DNA of 64,000 nucleotides from Paramecium tetraurelia (GCA_000165425.1 CT868654.1:124001-188000), one strand, 5' to 3'. Shown: positions 25,399-40,246, numbered from the stretch's first letter. Translations and numbers: made by a program. Notes: generated by a model not told the origin, from the letters alone.

Positions 25399-28300
25399 GG
25401 CTGTGCTTATCTTGACTCAAAATGTACACATTTTGCAGGATGTCAAGCATATGTTAAATCAACAACAACAGATTGCTAAGCAATATCCTATTTATGTGTG
25501 TCTGATGGAAATGCATGTATTGAAGCTAAGATCTGTAAAGAATACTCACAAACATAATGTGAAACAACCCCAAGTATTTCAGGAATTCTGAAATGCAAAT
25601 GGGACACAACTGCTGGAACATGTAGAGATTACTCCTGTTCTGAAGCTGATGTCAGCTTGAATACTGATATTAAATGTTCAGATTGGTTAGCTGGTTGTGT
25701 GACAAAAGGTTAAGGTTGTGTTAACTCTCCAAGACCATCATGTACTACATACACTGGAGATGATGCTGCTTGTTAATCCTATATTGGATCAGATGGAAAT
25801 TGTGAATTAGCAACTGGAACAACAAACTGTAAAGCAAAGGAATGCGCAAATGCACCAACATCTTTATCTACTGATGATGACTGTAAGGCCTATCAAAAAG
25901 GATGTATCACAACTGGTAAAGGTTGTGTTTAAGCAACAACTAAGCCTTTGTGTTCTAGCTACTCTGGTGATAACACTACATGTGTTGGATATGTTGGATC
26001 AGATGGAATTTGTGAAGGTGACGCTGGAGGATCTAAGTGTAGATAAAGGAAATGTGAAAATGGTGCATTCAATACCGATGATCTTTGCAAGTAATATTAA
26101 TCTACTTGCAAGACCAACGGAAAAGCTTGTGTTTCATCGCTATCAGCCTGTAACACATACAAGGGAACTGCTACAACTTGTGCAGTTTATATTGGTACTG
26201 ATGGCTATTGCAAGGGAACAAGCACAACAGCTGAAGCTGCTTGCGCACCAAAGGTTTGCGACGAAGCTCTAGATACAACTACAACAGACGAGGCTTGTGC
26301 CAAATATTAGGTTGGATGTGTTACAACAGGAAAAGGATGTATTTCAAAGACCAATTTGAAATCTTGTACTACTTATGATGGAGATGCCACCAGTTGTTAA
26401 TCAAGAGTAGGATCTGAAGGAAAATGTACATGGAAGAGTGGAACCAAATGTGTTGCTAGAGATTGTGTTTCTGCACCAAGTTCTGTAAACACAAACCCAC
26501 TTTGTGCCAATTATTTCACTAAATGTGTGACAACAGGATCTGGATGTGTTTCATAAACTACTTGTGATTTAACAGTCAAATAACAAAGTTGTGAAGGTAC
26601 TGACGGCTGTTCCTGGTAACCAATATGTACTAGTAATGCATAATGCTCTGATTTTAAGAAGAAATCAATTTGTTTGGCAAACCAAGCTAGAGTCGAAACT
26701 TTTGTTAAGTATGATGATAATGGAAAAGCCGTCTACAATTATGTATCTACAAAATGTGGTTGGTTAAATAATGCTTGCAAAGTTTTGGCATGCTCAGATT
26801 TAACAGGAGCTTATTACAATAATGATGCTAATTGTTAAGCAGAACTACCATCATGTATCAGTAATAGAGTTGATGGATGCATAACCAAATAAGATTGCGG
26901 TAAACTTTTTGGAAATCAAGCCACTTGTTTAAGTTACCCAGGATATTGTACCAATGTATCAACAGCCACTGAAACCACTGCTTGTATCTAAAAGAAGTGC
27001 TCAGATAATACTGATACTAATGCCGATAATGCTGCATGTGCTACATTCTTACCTGGATGCATTAGCAATGGAAAGGGCTGTATTGATTACACTACCCTTT
27101 GCACATCTATGAAAGGTACATAGGAAACATGCAACAAGTTATATGCTTATAAGAGTGGAGGTTCCTTTGATACTTTAGTAACAAATCAATGTTATAACAC
27201 ATCAACAGCAACTGAAAATGATTTCTGTTAAGTGAAAACATGCAAATTGGCTACAAACCAAACTGATAGTTCATGTGGTTAATTCTTAGAAGGATGTGTT
27301 TATAATGGAAATGGAGGATGCGTTGATCCAAAAGCTAGTGATACATCTTGTGGAAGCTATACAGGTGTCTCAGCATTTTGCTCCACAGCCATTGTTAAAG
27401 ATAATAGTGCTGGATATTGTTTTGGAACAGCCACATCAGGTACTTGCACCTAAAGACAATGTACAGATGACACAACAAGCACTAAAGATGACTAATGTGA
27501 TACCTTCTTATCAGGATGTATTGCTAAATCTGATGGAGGTTGTGCTAAGAGAGACTCAAGAAGCTGCGCCTAATAAACAGGAACAGTTACTACATGCTCT
27601 AATTTCAGCGGTGGATTATAAGTTGATTCAAAATGGAATAAGATTGCATGCGTCAAATATGATGCTTGTTAACTTAGAGGATGCACAGATAAAACCAATC
27701 CTTAAACAGCCTAGGATTGTTATGATTACAAAACATCATGTAGATTCTTTAAGGCCGGAGCTGCCTGTATCGATGCAGTAGCTTGTAGCAGTTACACCCT
27801 TCCTGATACAGCCACAACTGAACAATAGAAGTTTGATTATTGTACAGGAACCAAAAATGCTAGTGGAATACTATGTGGTTATACAAAGGGAGCAACTAAG
27901 TGTTCAGATAGAACTTGTGACTAATTTTTGAGCACCTATACCACCTTAGCATGCAGTTCATATTTGTAAAAGAATGTATCCACTACAGGTGATGATGTAT
28001 GTTCATCAGCTGGAACTTATTGTTATTTACAAGATAAAACTGATTGTGCATACGCTTTCCCCTCTGGAATCTTGGAGGCTGATAAATTAAGTTATTGCTA
28101 GAAATTCAAAGACAAGACAGGCATATTATGCTCATATAAAACTTCAGATGCAGCTTGTAGTGCATAAGACACTTGTGAGAAGGTAGTCTCTCAGACATCT
28201 GCTGTGGCTTGTAATGATGTACTAGTTTATGAAAAAGCAATATGCTAAAGACCTACTCCAAGCACAAAATGCTTATCTACAGTTACTGCATGCTCAGCCT

Positions 28301-31300
28301 TTACTCTAGAAACAGGGCTTACTGATGCAAATAAAAAGACAATCTGTGAATCTTTGAGACCAGTTGATGCTACTGCTAATTTTGGTACTGGAACTGCAGT
28401 ATATTCTTGGTGTACTTGGGTAAGCGGTGCTAATTGCGCAGATATTACATGCAGTGCTATATAATCACCAACCAGTTAAACTGATTGTGACAAAAAAAAG
28501 ACAGGATGTTATTATTATGCTTCTAAATGTTATGACCCAGTTGCTGCTAATGCTTGCCCAACAACATTTCCAACTGGTGTAGACACAGATATCAAAAAGG
28601 TGAATTACTGTAAATCAGTATATGAAACAGCCAAGGGATTCTGTGAGATAAAAAAAGATGGCTCAGGTTGTCAAACTGGAGCTAATGATAAATGCACTGT
28701 AATTCTAACAGACGCTTGGACAGGTAACTTTATGGGTGCTGCAGTAACAACTGCTGCTATCTGCCCAACTTTATCATCGAATGATAAAACAAAACTCTGC
28801 ATAAAAGATGGTGATACGGCTTGTAAAGCAGGAGGAACTTGTGAAGACATCCCATCCCCAAACAATCAAGGAGATTGTGATTTACATTTAAAGGGATGTG
28901 TATATGCAGCTACTAAATGTAGAACACCAAAGTTAGCGACAATTGCGGCTGCAGGAGATTGTGCAAAAACAACTATTGTTCCATTTGCTGCTGATGTTAC
29001 TGGTCTTTCTGGAAGTGAAAAAACAGCATATTGTTAAATCTTCTCATAAGATGGAACACAGCTCTTTTGTACTTATGATTAGTATAATGACACAACATAA
29101 ACAGTTTGTGCTGATGCGGGTAATTGTGATACTTACAAATTACCAACAGGTGATGAAGCAAGAAAAACTTATTGTTTGAGTAAGATCACCGCTGCTGGTA
29201 AAAAATGTGGATTCACAGCAGGAAAAGACAAATGTAGAGATTTTGATTGCTAAGATATTTCAAGTCCAACATCATAAGTCGATTGCGATCTCAATTCAAA
29301 TAAATTAAAATGTTTTTACTTTAAAGGAACATGTGTCAATCATGCTGCAACTTGTGATGTAGTTCCAGTTGTTGGAGGAACATTAAGTGATAAACAAGCA
29401 TACTGCAAAGGTCTTGGTCTTACAGATAAATGTACTTATTCAGTTGGAGCTTATTGTGCAAAAGTGGATGCATGCGACAAATATAGTGTGAAAGATGTAA
29501 CAGATAAAACTGCTACCTGCGGAACTTTAGTTAATGCAACTGGAGCAAAATGTACATACATTTAGGGTGATTTCTGTGTCAAATAAGATACATGTGATAA
29601 ATATGATGGTAGTACACCAGTAAATGGACCAGAAGCAGGAAAAGAGGAGGCTTAATGCAAAGCAGTTAAGTCAACTACTGGATATCCATGCATAGTAGAT
29701 TCTACTAAACCTAAGTTATGCAAAGCATAGACTTGTGCTGATAATAATGCCAGTGCCGCAGAATGTAGTAGTAATGCTGCTGATTGCCTCTATTATTAGA
29801 GCAAATGCATCTCAAAAAATACTTGTGGTGGTTACACCCCAGTAGGTGATGATCCTACAGCTAAATAAACTTGGTGTGAAGGAGTTTAGAATTCTACTGG
29901 AGACTATTGTGCTTGGGATTCAGCAACTTCAAAATGTAAAGATAGAGGTTGCGGCGATAAATAATTTTATACAGATTTTGATTGCTAAAATTACCTTAAA
30001 GCCTGTAAGACTGATGGAACCAAGTGCGTTGCAGTAGCTACAGCATGTACTTCATTCAGTGGTTCAGGAGATTATTGCAATGGTTTATTGGATCCAACAG
30101 GTAAAGATAAATGCAAACCATTGGCCACTGCTACCACCACAATTTCTGCATGTGCTAACAGAACATGTTATGACAATGTAACAGCCGAATCTGATCCTGA
30201 TTGTGATACCTATTTGAGTGGATGTGTCACACGTGGAAAAGGATGTATTCCAAATACAGTTGCATGTACAGCATACAGAGGAACCAAAACATAATGTGAA
30301 GCTTTCAAATAATACACTGGAGTAGATGCTAATAAGAATCCCATTTATGTTTATTGTTCTGGTGATGCTAGCAACATTGCCACTAGTGCTTGTAAATCTA
30401 GAACTTGCGCAGACAATACAACATCTACCTCAGATACTGAATGTGCATAATATTTGAAGGGTTGTATTACCAAAGGAACTGGATGTGTTGATGCAACATC
30501 ATAATGTACTGTATTTAAGGGACTTTAAACAACTTGCTCTAAATTCATGGGAAATTCAGGCAAAGATTACTGTTGGAATGCTTCAAATGCAGTGGAAACA
30601 GCTAGTTGCCAAAAGAAGAAGTGCACTGATATTTCTGGTAAAAACAACGACGAATGTTAGAGTGGCATGCCAGTATTCAAGAAAGGCGATGATCCTTTCT
30701 GCGTTTATGATGGAGCTGGTTGCGTTGATTATGGAAAGATTTGTAGTTAATTCAACGGAACTGAAGAAACATGTCCCTCATTCTTGGCCAAAGATGGTCC
30801 ATGCAAGGCTACTACAGTAGGAACTATCAAAGGAGCATGTGCTAAGAGAGTATGCACAGAAGCACCTAATACTATTACCACTGATGCTGAATGTTAGAAA
30901 TATCATTCATCTTGTTATACAACTGGTTATGGATGCTCTTCTGTTAAGCAATGCTCAAATTTAACAAGCCAAGCCTCATGCAAATTGAGAGAGGAATGCA
31001 CATGGGCCAATTTATGCGCAAGTTCAAGTACTACATGCTCTACTTTTAATGGTCAAGGTTACTCATAATGTACCAATTCTAAAGTCAATGGTAAGTTCTG
31101 TGCTTGGTAAGAGTCTAGCTCAACTTGCAGAGCTTAAGTCTGTGAAGATCAACCAGCAACCATTGCTTCCCATGCTCAATGCCAAGCATTTTCTGATAAT
31201 TGCACAACAACTGGAGCTGGCTGTATAACTATTACCACATGTCCATTATACAAAACTCAATCTATCTGTGTTGCTGCCTCAGCATCCAAGGATGGAGTTC

Positions 31301-32763
31301 AAAGATGTGGTTGGGATGCCACTTTAAATAAATGCAGAGCCAGAGCTTGCAGTGACAAAAATGGATTAACTGACGACGAGTGTAACACTTTCTTGGCAGG
31401 TTGCAAGACAAACGGAGTTGGTTGTGTAGCTGGAACCTCATGTACTGAGTTCACTAATAAATCATTCTGTCTCATTTCTAAAGCTGGACCATGTCTTTGG
31501 GTTAATCAATCATGTTATGATTACGATAGATGCGAAGATGCAGTCAAAAAGTCACACCCAGAATGCTAAGCATTTTCACCATTATGCACAACCAACGGAG
31601 AAACATGTATACCCATCACATCTTGTGCCAATACAGCAATTAAGGCTTCTTGTGTTGTTGGAACTGATGGTCCTTGTGGATGGTTGCCAACTGGAAAATG
31701 TTAGAAGTTTGGATTATGCACAGATGCTGTCGCTGCTACCAATGATGAATGTATGTCTTATGGAACTACTTGTATTACTGATGGAGCAGCTTGCATTGCC
31801 AAAACCACTTGTGGTTCATACAAGACATAAACAGCTTGCAATAACAATGGAACCGATGGTATTTGCTATTGGAATGCCACAGCTAATACTTGTAAATTGA
31901 AGGAGTGCGGCGATGAGCAAAAGGGTACAAATGACCAATGCAAACTCATCTCTGTCACTGGAGGATCATGCACTACCGATGGAACCAAATGCATCCCATT
32001 ATCCACTTGCTCAAGCTACCTTGAAGCTGGATGTTTCACAGGAACCGACGGAGAATGTACCTTTGCATTACCAATTGGAGCTACCACTGGAACCAAGGCC
32101 TGCAGATAGAAGCAATGTGAAGACATCACTGGAGGAACATCAAATGCTAATTGTACAGGTATCATCACAGGAAAGTCTTGCGTATCCAATGGAACCAATT
32201 GTATTGCCAAGGCTGCTTGCTCAACCTATAAGACCCTTACTTCATGTAATGGAGGTGGCTTAGAAAATAATAAAGCAACTGTTTGTGCCTTCACTCCCAC
32301 TGGAACTGATAAAGTCAACGGAACTTGCAAGACATTCACAGCATGTGCTGATGCTGTCAAAGACAAATTAGCTTGCTCAACCAATCTATCATGCAAATGG
32401 ACTGAAAACTCAACTGGAACATCTTGTGCCAATCACGCATGTGACACCTTTGCCACAGGAACAGACTGCAGACCAATTCCCAGCTTTGATGGTACTTCAT
32501 CCACTGTTTGCGTTCTCCAAAGTGGAAAATGTGCTGCTGCTGACCCAGGAACCATGACAGATGCCAAGATTTGCTACGTCAAATCAGCTTACACTTATAG
32601 TTGGAATTCTGCTACCAATAAATGTGAAAGTTGTATCTCAGGATCTGTCAATCCAAACAATTCAAATGGAACAAACAACAACACAGATAACGGTACAACT
32701 ACCACCGACAGTGCTTTCATCTTGTCAGCCATTTCACTCGGTCTTTTGGGATTAATGGCATGA
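25399..32763 (+). CDS. Paramecium surface (immobilization) antigen, cysteine-periodic, GPI-anchored; 5' end lost in gap
   Basis: 7,365-nt intronless frame in the ciliate code, rich in Cys/Thr/Ala/Gly, with recurring CVTTGKGC / CxWxxxxC / TDxxC periods; ends NNTDNGTTTTDSAFILSAISLGLLGLMA* (GPI-signal-like). Confidence 0.96.
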
Positions 32764-33271
32764 TTTTGATTTTCATATTATATATAGGGAAAATATTAAC
32801 ATTACAATTTATTTTCATCTCTTAAAACAACTTATTATTTAAAATAACACAGTTCACATTGCAAGATTATTATAGAAGTATATATTTCATCTCCAAGTGT
32901 ATATTAAATTTGATTATTCTCATCAGAGTTTATCAACATTATTATTTGTTGCCTCTGTAATAGATATTTTCTAGAATATAGTTTCATCATTATTCTGAGA
33001 TAAGTGATGTTATTAGAGTATCATTATTGAGAAAACTAAAGACACCCTTTCATTCCTAATAAAGAGATACCTTTCTGTCTGCCCATGGTTCAATTAAGCA
33101 TACATATATTGCTTCTTCAAATTAGAACATGGATTTGATTGAATAAAAGTGATGAAAGAAGCATAATCTTACTTCTTCTCTTGCTAAATCTAAATAAGAT
33201 GCTTCATTTGATATATTTTAGTCTATTTTAATTAATAAATTTGTTTAATAAAAGCCTTATCAATATTTAAG

Positions 33272-34540
33272 ATGTGGAAGGAGTTTTGCAGCTTTTGCAG
33301 CTTATTTAATTGTATTAAACCCAGGGATAAACGAATTGAGCCAGAAAGGCCTCAGATACCTGACGATTCAGAAGAAGTCAATAATTAAGACATCAAGAAT
33401 AATAACAGAGAGTTGCAAAATCAACCCAATGTAAATATTAATGAAGAAGTTTATATAACTCGGAAATTTACATACTTTGAGGGTTTTGAAAAAGTGGAGA
33501 TCAAAAATGACAAATATGATAAATTAATGATCTTTACAAATATATTGTTTTACTATTGTGAGGAGAGAACAGAATAGAATCAATTTAACCAATATGAAGG
33601 TGAATTATACAAGACTAAATATGACGAGGATATAAATCCGAAATTTGTGTTTGAATAAGGAATGTTTTAAATCAATTTAGAAGAAAAGTCCTTCAAACTA
33701 ATTCAAGAAAGCATAGAACAACCAATTGGCATAACTGAAGACTTTGATGAAAAATCAAATAACTTAATGAATGATTAAAATGATAGGTTTTAGGATAACA
33801 ATAAAAGAAAGATTAGGATTAATGATGCAGATACACATAAATAAGTAAATATAAACCATTCAGGTGATAACTATTAATTGCATAACTAAAAAAAGAATTA
33901 ACAAATGTTCTGTAAGTTCAATTAATCGTTAACAACTAATGATGTGAATATACTATCTGAAAAGAAATGGATGACAAGCAGTATCATTGATAGTTATGTA
34001 CTTTATCTAAACAAATCTGGAGAAGAGAAATATTTCGCATTACAATAAGAGTAAAGAAAATCTATTAGAAGAATTCTATTTTTTCCTTCTAGTCTGACCA
34101 CAAACTTTGGTTTGAATTTCGATTTATCTAAAGTAAAAGGGTTATTTGATAACGAAAAACCTTAATTTAAATAAATAAATTTTAAACTCTAATTATTGTA
34201 TCACTATATTGGATTCCCAATCAATAAAAATAATAATCATTGGTTATTTCTATTATTTGACTTAAATTCTAAAAAGGTTTTTGTTTTTGACTCAATGAAT
34301 AAAAACTTGTCATTTAAAGAATAAATAGACTTAATTGCTGAAATTCTTAATGTAAAAAATCCTAAACATATTCTACATCAACATTCTGACCAATAAAAAG
34401 ATGGTTATTCCTGTGGGTATCGTGTTTGTAGTCTAATGAAATTCTATTATGAAAATTAATTTTAAGAAACAGATGAAGCTAATTATAAATATAACGAATA
34501 GAAGATAATTGATGAACTAAAAACCTTAATAAAGATGTGA
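33272..34540 (+). CDS. Ulp1/SENP family (peptidase C48) SUMO/NEDD8-like protease
   Basis: Intronless, 422 aa: KWMTSSIIDSY, FPINKNNNHWLFLLFD, FVFDSM, QQKDGYSCGYRV, so the His/Asp/Cys triad and oxyanion Gln are present. Confidence 0.9.
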
Positions 34541-36315
34541 TGATTATAAACTTTTGTATAATAATATTTATTAAATTTCCAGTCTTTTTTGAAAATTAAG
34601 GCTTATATCTTTCTTTATCAAAAGTTCCAATTTAATCAAATTTTTTTATGGTCTATATATTTTTGATTAATCCTGATTAACTTTGAATAAGGCATTATGT
34701 GTTTCTGTGAATTCGGTTTCATATGTATTGCAATAATTTAAAAATAAATTTCATGTTTATAAATTAATATGTGGCTTTTTACAAAAATTAATGTATAAGG
34801 TCAGTGCTTACATCTTAGATGGATTCAGTTATTTACTATTTTAATATTTCTAAAATTGTTATTTTTTCATAAACCATTAAAAACTTTATATACACCAAAT
34901 AAATAAGAAAAAGAACACAAAAACGAATAATTTCATAACTCAATTGCTTATTGCATATTTTCGCAAATCTTATTGGGTCCTTGTATTAGTCTTTTTGAAT
35001 ATAGTGTATTTTAAGCTGCTGAACTTAAAACAGGCACTTTAATTCTATTTTGTTAAGTTGAGGTATAGCATTGACAAGGAACAGATTATTTGCTATCCTA
35101 AAACTTTTCTAAATAGTCTTATGTGTGCGATTCACATATACCCATATATTAAGCCAAAATAATTGAATTTTTAACTTTAAATATCTAACTTAAGAAAAGA
35201 GATAAATTAACGGATTTTATAAATAATTGATAAATATTTAACTGTTAAATCAACGTGATCATTTTCAAAATCAAATTATAAGTGATAGCCCTATATTCAA
35301 AAACAAGTCGTGTATCAGTTTGCTTTTGTTAAATCATAAATAAGACCTACTAACAGTTTAGAAGAACAGAAAACACGTGTTATCATCATTAATTTAGAAT
35401 CTCAAATTGGCAAATAGTCAAGATTGATTTAAAAAACATTCTCCATTTTTAAGAATTAGTTGATTAGAAGAAACTTCCTTGATTACTTTAGGATTTTTAT
35501 TCTTCAATTTAAATTTGTAATTTATTGTTTAAAATTTACATAGGTCTTTTCAATCAAATTACTCTTAATTTTGATATATACATTATGCAACAATTCAAAA
35601 TTATCAAATTCAAGAATAATTATCATAACCTTTGAAAATTGAAAATTTAATAAACAACTTAATAAATTACAATTTATTGAATTAATTTTATTAAATAATG
35701 CTTCATGCTTCTATCTCAACATAGGGTCAATATTTAATTTACTAAAATTGATTATTATGAATAATAATCAAAATTAATACATTATTTACGTATATAAACT
35801 GCTACTTCTATATCGTTCTTTATTTATGATATAGAAGCTGAAATCTTGTATAGTTGTAAGCAATTCTCAAATGAGAGTAGCTTAAGGCGATAATTACTTC
35901 GCTATCAAATAATTTATCTTGAATATATATAAATTAGATTTATTTAATGATTCTTAATTCATATTAATTATTAATTCTTAAACTCAAATTTCTTTTAATA
36001 TTGTTGAATTATAACATAAAATTACTTATTCTAAATAAACATCATTAGAAGTTAAAATACTGTGTAGTAAAGAGCTATTGGAGAACTTAAAAGGGAATTA
36101 TTAATTTTAATTCAAGAATGAGGCCTCTAAATTTGAAATAACTTATAGGCTATTTTGTTTTGTTAATTCTCTTTGGTATAAAATAATAATGAAAATAACA
36201 AATCTTAAGGTAGAAAATAACATTTGATTTAAGCTATTGTTTCTAATATTCAGAAAAACGTGTCATTAACAAAATTTTCTATAAATAAAATTGATATACA
36301 ATAAAATGTACAAAT

Positions 36316-37008
36316 TCAATAAATCTTACAACAACATCCTCCTTCAGCTTTAATTCTTTCATCTCTCAAATGATTTTATGCCTAGTTCGCTGATGAAAGA
36401 CTCAACTTTCCACTTTTCATTTGAACCAAAACTCTTTTTGTGAGATCCTCAATTACTAAGTCTACATTTTATCCTGTCATACAAGAAATCTCAAAATATG
36501 GAATATGTAATTAATTTGCCATTTTTTGTGCTTCTTCTTGTGATTCTTGATAATAATGATGGTCTGATTGATCAGATTTGTTTCCAACTAATATATATTC
36601 GACATCTAAATTTTCAAATCAAATCATACTCTAAGGTGCATGCATTACAATCTTAGTCATATCTTCTTTCAAATCTGCTAAGGTATAAGGCCTATCATTT
36701 TATTAAGTGATGTTTACCTTGTAAGATCAAAAATTAAAATAAAACCAAAAGCTGATTTATAGAATCCATATGAAGCAAATCTTAACTTTTCACTTCCAGG
36801 CTATGCTGTAGATTTAACATAATACTGTATCAAAAATGCAAAGCTTGTATTTATCATCTTCAATCATTTTGGATTTAAAATCCATTCCTTTACTTTCTTC
36901 ATATTTAGAGTCAAAATTGTTTTCACAACTTCGAGTTAGAAAGGCAGTCTTACCAACCTCGTTTGATCCAATCAACATATATTTGATCACTTCAAATTTC
37001 GCAGACAT
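36316..37008 (-). CDS. Divergent Rab-family small GTPase
   Basis: GSNEVGKT (G1), FDT|PGSE (G3), VGNKSD (G4), EISC (G5); C-terminal GGCCCKIY*; three introns. Confidence 0.9.
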
Positions 37009-37560
37009 TATGTAATTTTTGATAATTTTTATATCTAACACAAAATTTAGAATTAAATGAAAGAACTTAACAATTTATGCTTTTTATCCAAGATAATTAG
37101 AATTCAAAGCAATTTCAAAATAAGAAATATAATAGTTACTTTAAATAATCCTAAGAATTCAACACAGGATTGTAAAATATTTGGAAATAGCAAATTTATG
37201 GAAATTAATTATATTTGGAAAAGAAATTTGAATAAACAAGATAAAGATAGTTAATATACTCATTTGAGATATTAATTATAATAATAATAAGACTCAGTTT
37301 ACTATTTAATACATTAATCCATCTAATAGTAGCTAGATGATTAAAATATACAATACTAATTTTATTTCATAATTATCAACTATTGAATAATTTTCCTTTA
37401 ATATTATCTATAAATATGAATTTTCAATGTAAAAGTAATGGCCTACTCAAATTAAATCAAGATATTAATGCTATTAAACATCTAAGTTTGAATCCAATAT
37501 GTTTTATTAATAATTCAAACTATTTATTTTATAATATTATGATTAATAATTAAATTAAAA

Positions 37561-38842
37561 ATGAAACATTTTTCATATTATTCTGAGGATATTTATACTT
37601 ATGAAAATTTGGATGAGTTAAAAAAAATTCTATAATTTGATGAGATTGGAGAAATAGAATACAATTAGGAAGATGAATACATTTAATATAAAATTAATAG
37701 AGAAGAATGCATTCGATTAAGTGATCTAATTTATTTTATAGTAAATATTTTTATTAATATAGTCATCTAATCTAGGTAGGATACATTTAGGCCAATTATT
37801 GGTCTTAATTAAATCCTTAGTGTCAAAAGTTTAACAATTGAAATCAGCTAACTTCGATCATTTATACTTAGACTCTAATAGAATTTGGCTTAAATTCAAT
37901 AATAAACAGTAAACATTAAATAGTAAATACTAAATTTTTTAATATACTGTTCATTTCACTGGTTATTAATGTCCAAATTATGAAGATTTAAATGAAAAAG
38001 AAAATTTACAAATAACCTCGTCATAAAAAATATTACTAATTATAAAAGGTCTAATTGATAACTGCTTTGATAATATCATACTAGATAAAACTAAAGAAAG
38101 AACAAATGTAAAGAATGATATTATTGATCCAATATTACATGAAATAAGTACCAAAAACTTAGATTAATTGATTGAAGAAATCAATTCTATTTTATAGAAA
38201 TATCAATATGATAAAGAAAAATAAACTATTTTAGTTGATGAGTATGTTGAAACAATACTTGAGGTTAGGCATGATTTACAAATAGGGTATAAATTAGACA
38301 TTTAATAAATAATGAAAACTAAAAAAAATATGGAAACTATTACTGATGCTTATTTAATAGAATATTGTTTATATTTAAATATTCCGAAAATAGTTTAAGG
38401 GTTTGAAAATTCTACAAATTTCTAAAGAATTGAATATGTTGGTGAGAAGACTGTAGAATTTTTTGAATAAATTTAATTGAAAATCTAAAATGAAAGATAA
38501 AATTACATTGAAGAATTAATTAAATAAGAAATTGAAAAATAATCTGAATACTATGTATAGTTTTATAGATTCGACTTTGATTTAGAACAAGTACGTGAGG
38601 TAATTACACCATTAATCAGAAATCATGCAATAATCAAATATTTTCACAATACCTTTACATATAATTTTAAGTATACAGAAAAGCCATATATTGATATTTA
38701 AGATACTCACAAATCTAATGTTAATAAACTTTAATAAGCAATGTAAAAATAGATTTCAAAAATAATCCCTCTTTATACATAACAATGTTTAAGCATGAAA
38801 ATAACAACCCTTATTTTAGAGCTGATAAATGATTTGATTTGA
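37561..38842 (+). CDS. Hypothetical 419-aa protein with a degenerate RNase III-like motif
   Basis: One 22-nt intron (37741-37762) yields a continuous frame containing NFQRIEYVGEKTV and EQVREVITPLIRNHAI. The gene model is solid; the domain call is tentative. Confidence 0.7.
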
Positions 38843-39524
38843 TCCAAATTATGATTAGTTTAAATTAGAAAATTAAACATTAACACATACTACATTTTTA
38901 ATTCCAATTTTTTCATTCTTTACTAATCTTAAAAATATTCAATCCTGAATCACAATAATTAAATTGTACGAATCAAATCAATATTATATATTTCTTTTGA
39001 TACTCCTAAACTTATAAAGAAGATAATTCTTAAAGTATAAAATTGTTCTAAGGTTTTATACTTCATAAAAATACTAATTGCTTTTCTGGTCCATAACATT
39101 CCTCAAAACAAAAATATTAATAATTATCATCTTCATTCTAACCAGTACTCTATAATAACATTAATGCTTTATTTTACTCAATTGGACGAAGGCATGAGCT
39201 AGAGTATTCAGAATAATGATTCTTTTTTAATTAAATATCAGATATTGGGAATCCTACAAGTACAATTGCTGATCTAGACCCACATTATTATTTCTAAGTG
39301 GATTGATTATAAGTAAACCTATAAAGACTAATATCACAAATGAAGTTCTTAATTGAAAGATACATTTATTCTTTAGACATACAATTAATTAAAATAATTA
39401 ATTATTCAAAGTTATACATCATAGACAAAAAATATAAATAATAAGGATATATTCGAAATTATAAGAATCACTATCTTTAAGAGTGACCTTCCACTCAGTT
39501 AGTTCCAAAAGGTACAACACGTGG

Positions 39525-39674
39525 NNNNNNNNNNNNNNNNNNNNNNNNNNNNNNNNNNNNNNNNNNNNNNNNNNNNNNNNNNNNNNNNNNNNNNNNNNNN
39601 NNNNNNNNNNNNNNNNNNNNNNNNNNNNNNNNNNNNNNNNNNNNNNNNNNNNNNNNNNNNNNNNNNNNNNNNNN
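39525..39674. other. Assembly gap (run of N)
   Basis: Continuous n characters. Confidence 0.99.
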
Positions 39675-40246
39675 AGATGATATTTAAAAAGATCGTATTT
39701 ATCTTAAAAGTAAAGGCAAAGAAGTTTTCTGTCGATAAAATTAAGTTTGGTTTAAAGTAATAAATAAAATTGAGTTATGTGGTTTAGTCATCTATCTTTT
39801 ATGATCAAAATGAAACTCCTAAAAAGTTATTGCCAAATAAAATTAATTGAAAAAGCACTTCTTAGAATAAAATGAAAAAAACTTAACAATTAATTTAAGA
39901 GTTACAGCATTACATTAGATTTAAAATATAAAAAATGAATTTTTCCAAAGCTCTGAAAAAATACAATTTTGATTAAGCATAAAATAATTCTAATTCTGAT
40001 AAAATCATAAGGATCTCTACTCCCTAAGATCTTGTGTAAATTAATTTAATTTGTCTAAATTTTTTCTTTACTTTTCAACTTAATAGATTTATAGTAATTG
40101 AGAATCTATTAATATATTGATATTTATATATCCTTTTTGATAACCTAATAAAGAGGTTCAAAATTATTCTCTTTTTAAAACATAAAAATAGAAATAGTAT
40201 TCAGAGCTTTTAGCATCTAAACTGATTATACTAATTTTTAATATTA

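Noticed and set aside
25088..25591. ORF-track ORFs spanning poly-X (also 39483-39760)
   Set aside because: Artefacts of translating through assembly gaps.
25850..32755. Many 60-160 aa ORF-track ORFs within the surface antigen
   Set aside because: They are off-frame or antisense shadows, or TAA/TAG-truncated pieces of the single long antigen frame.
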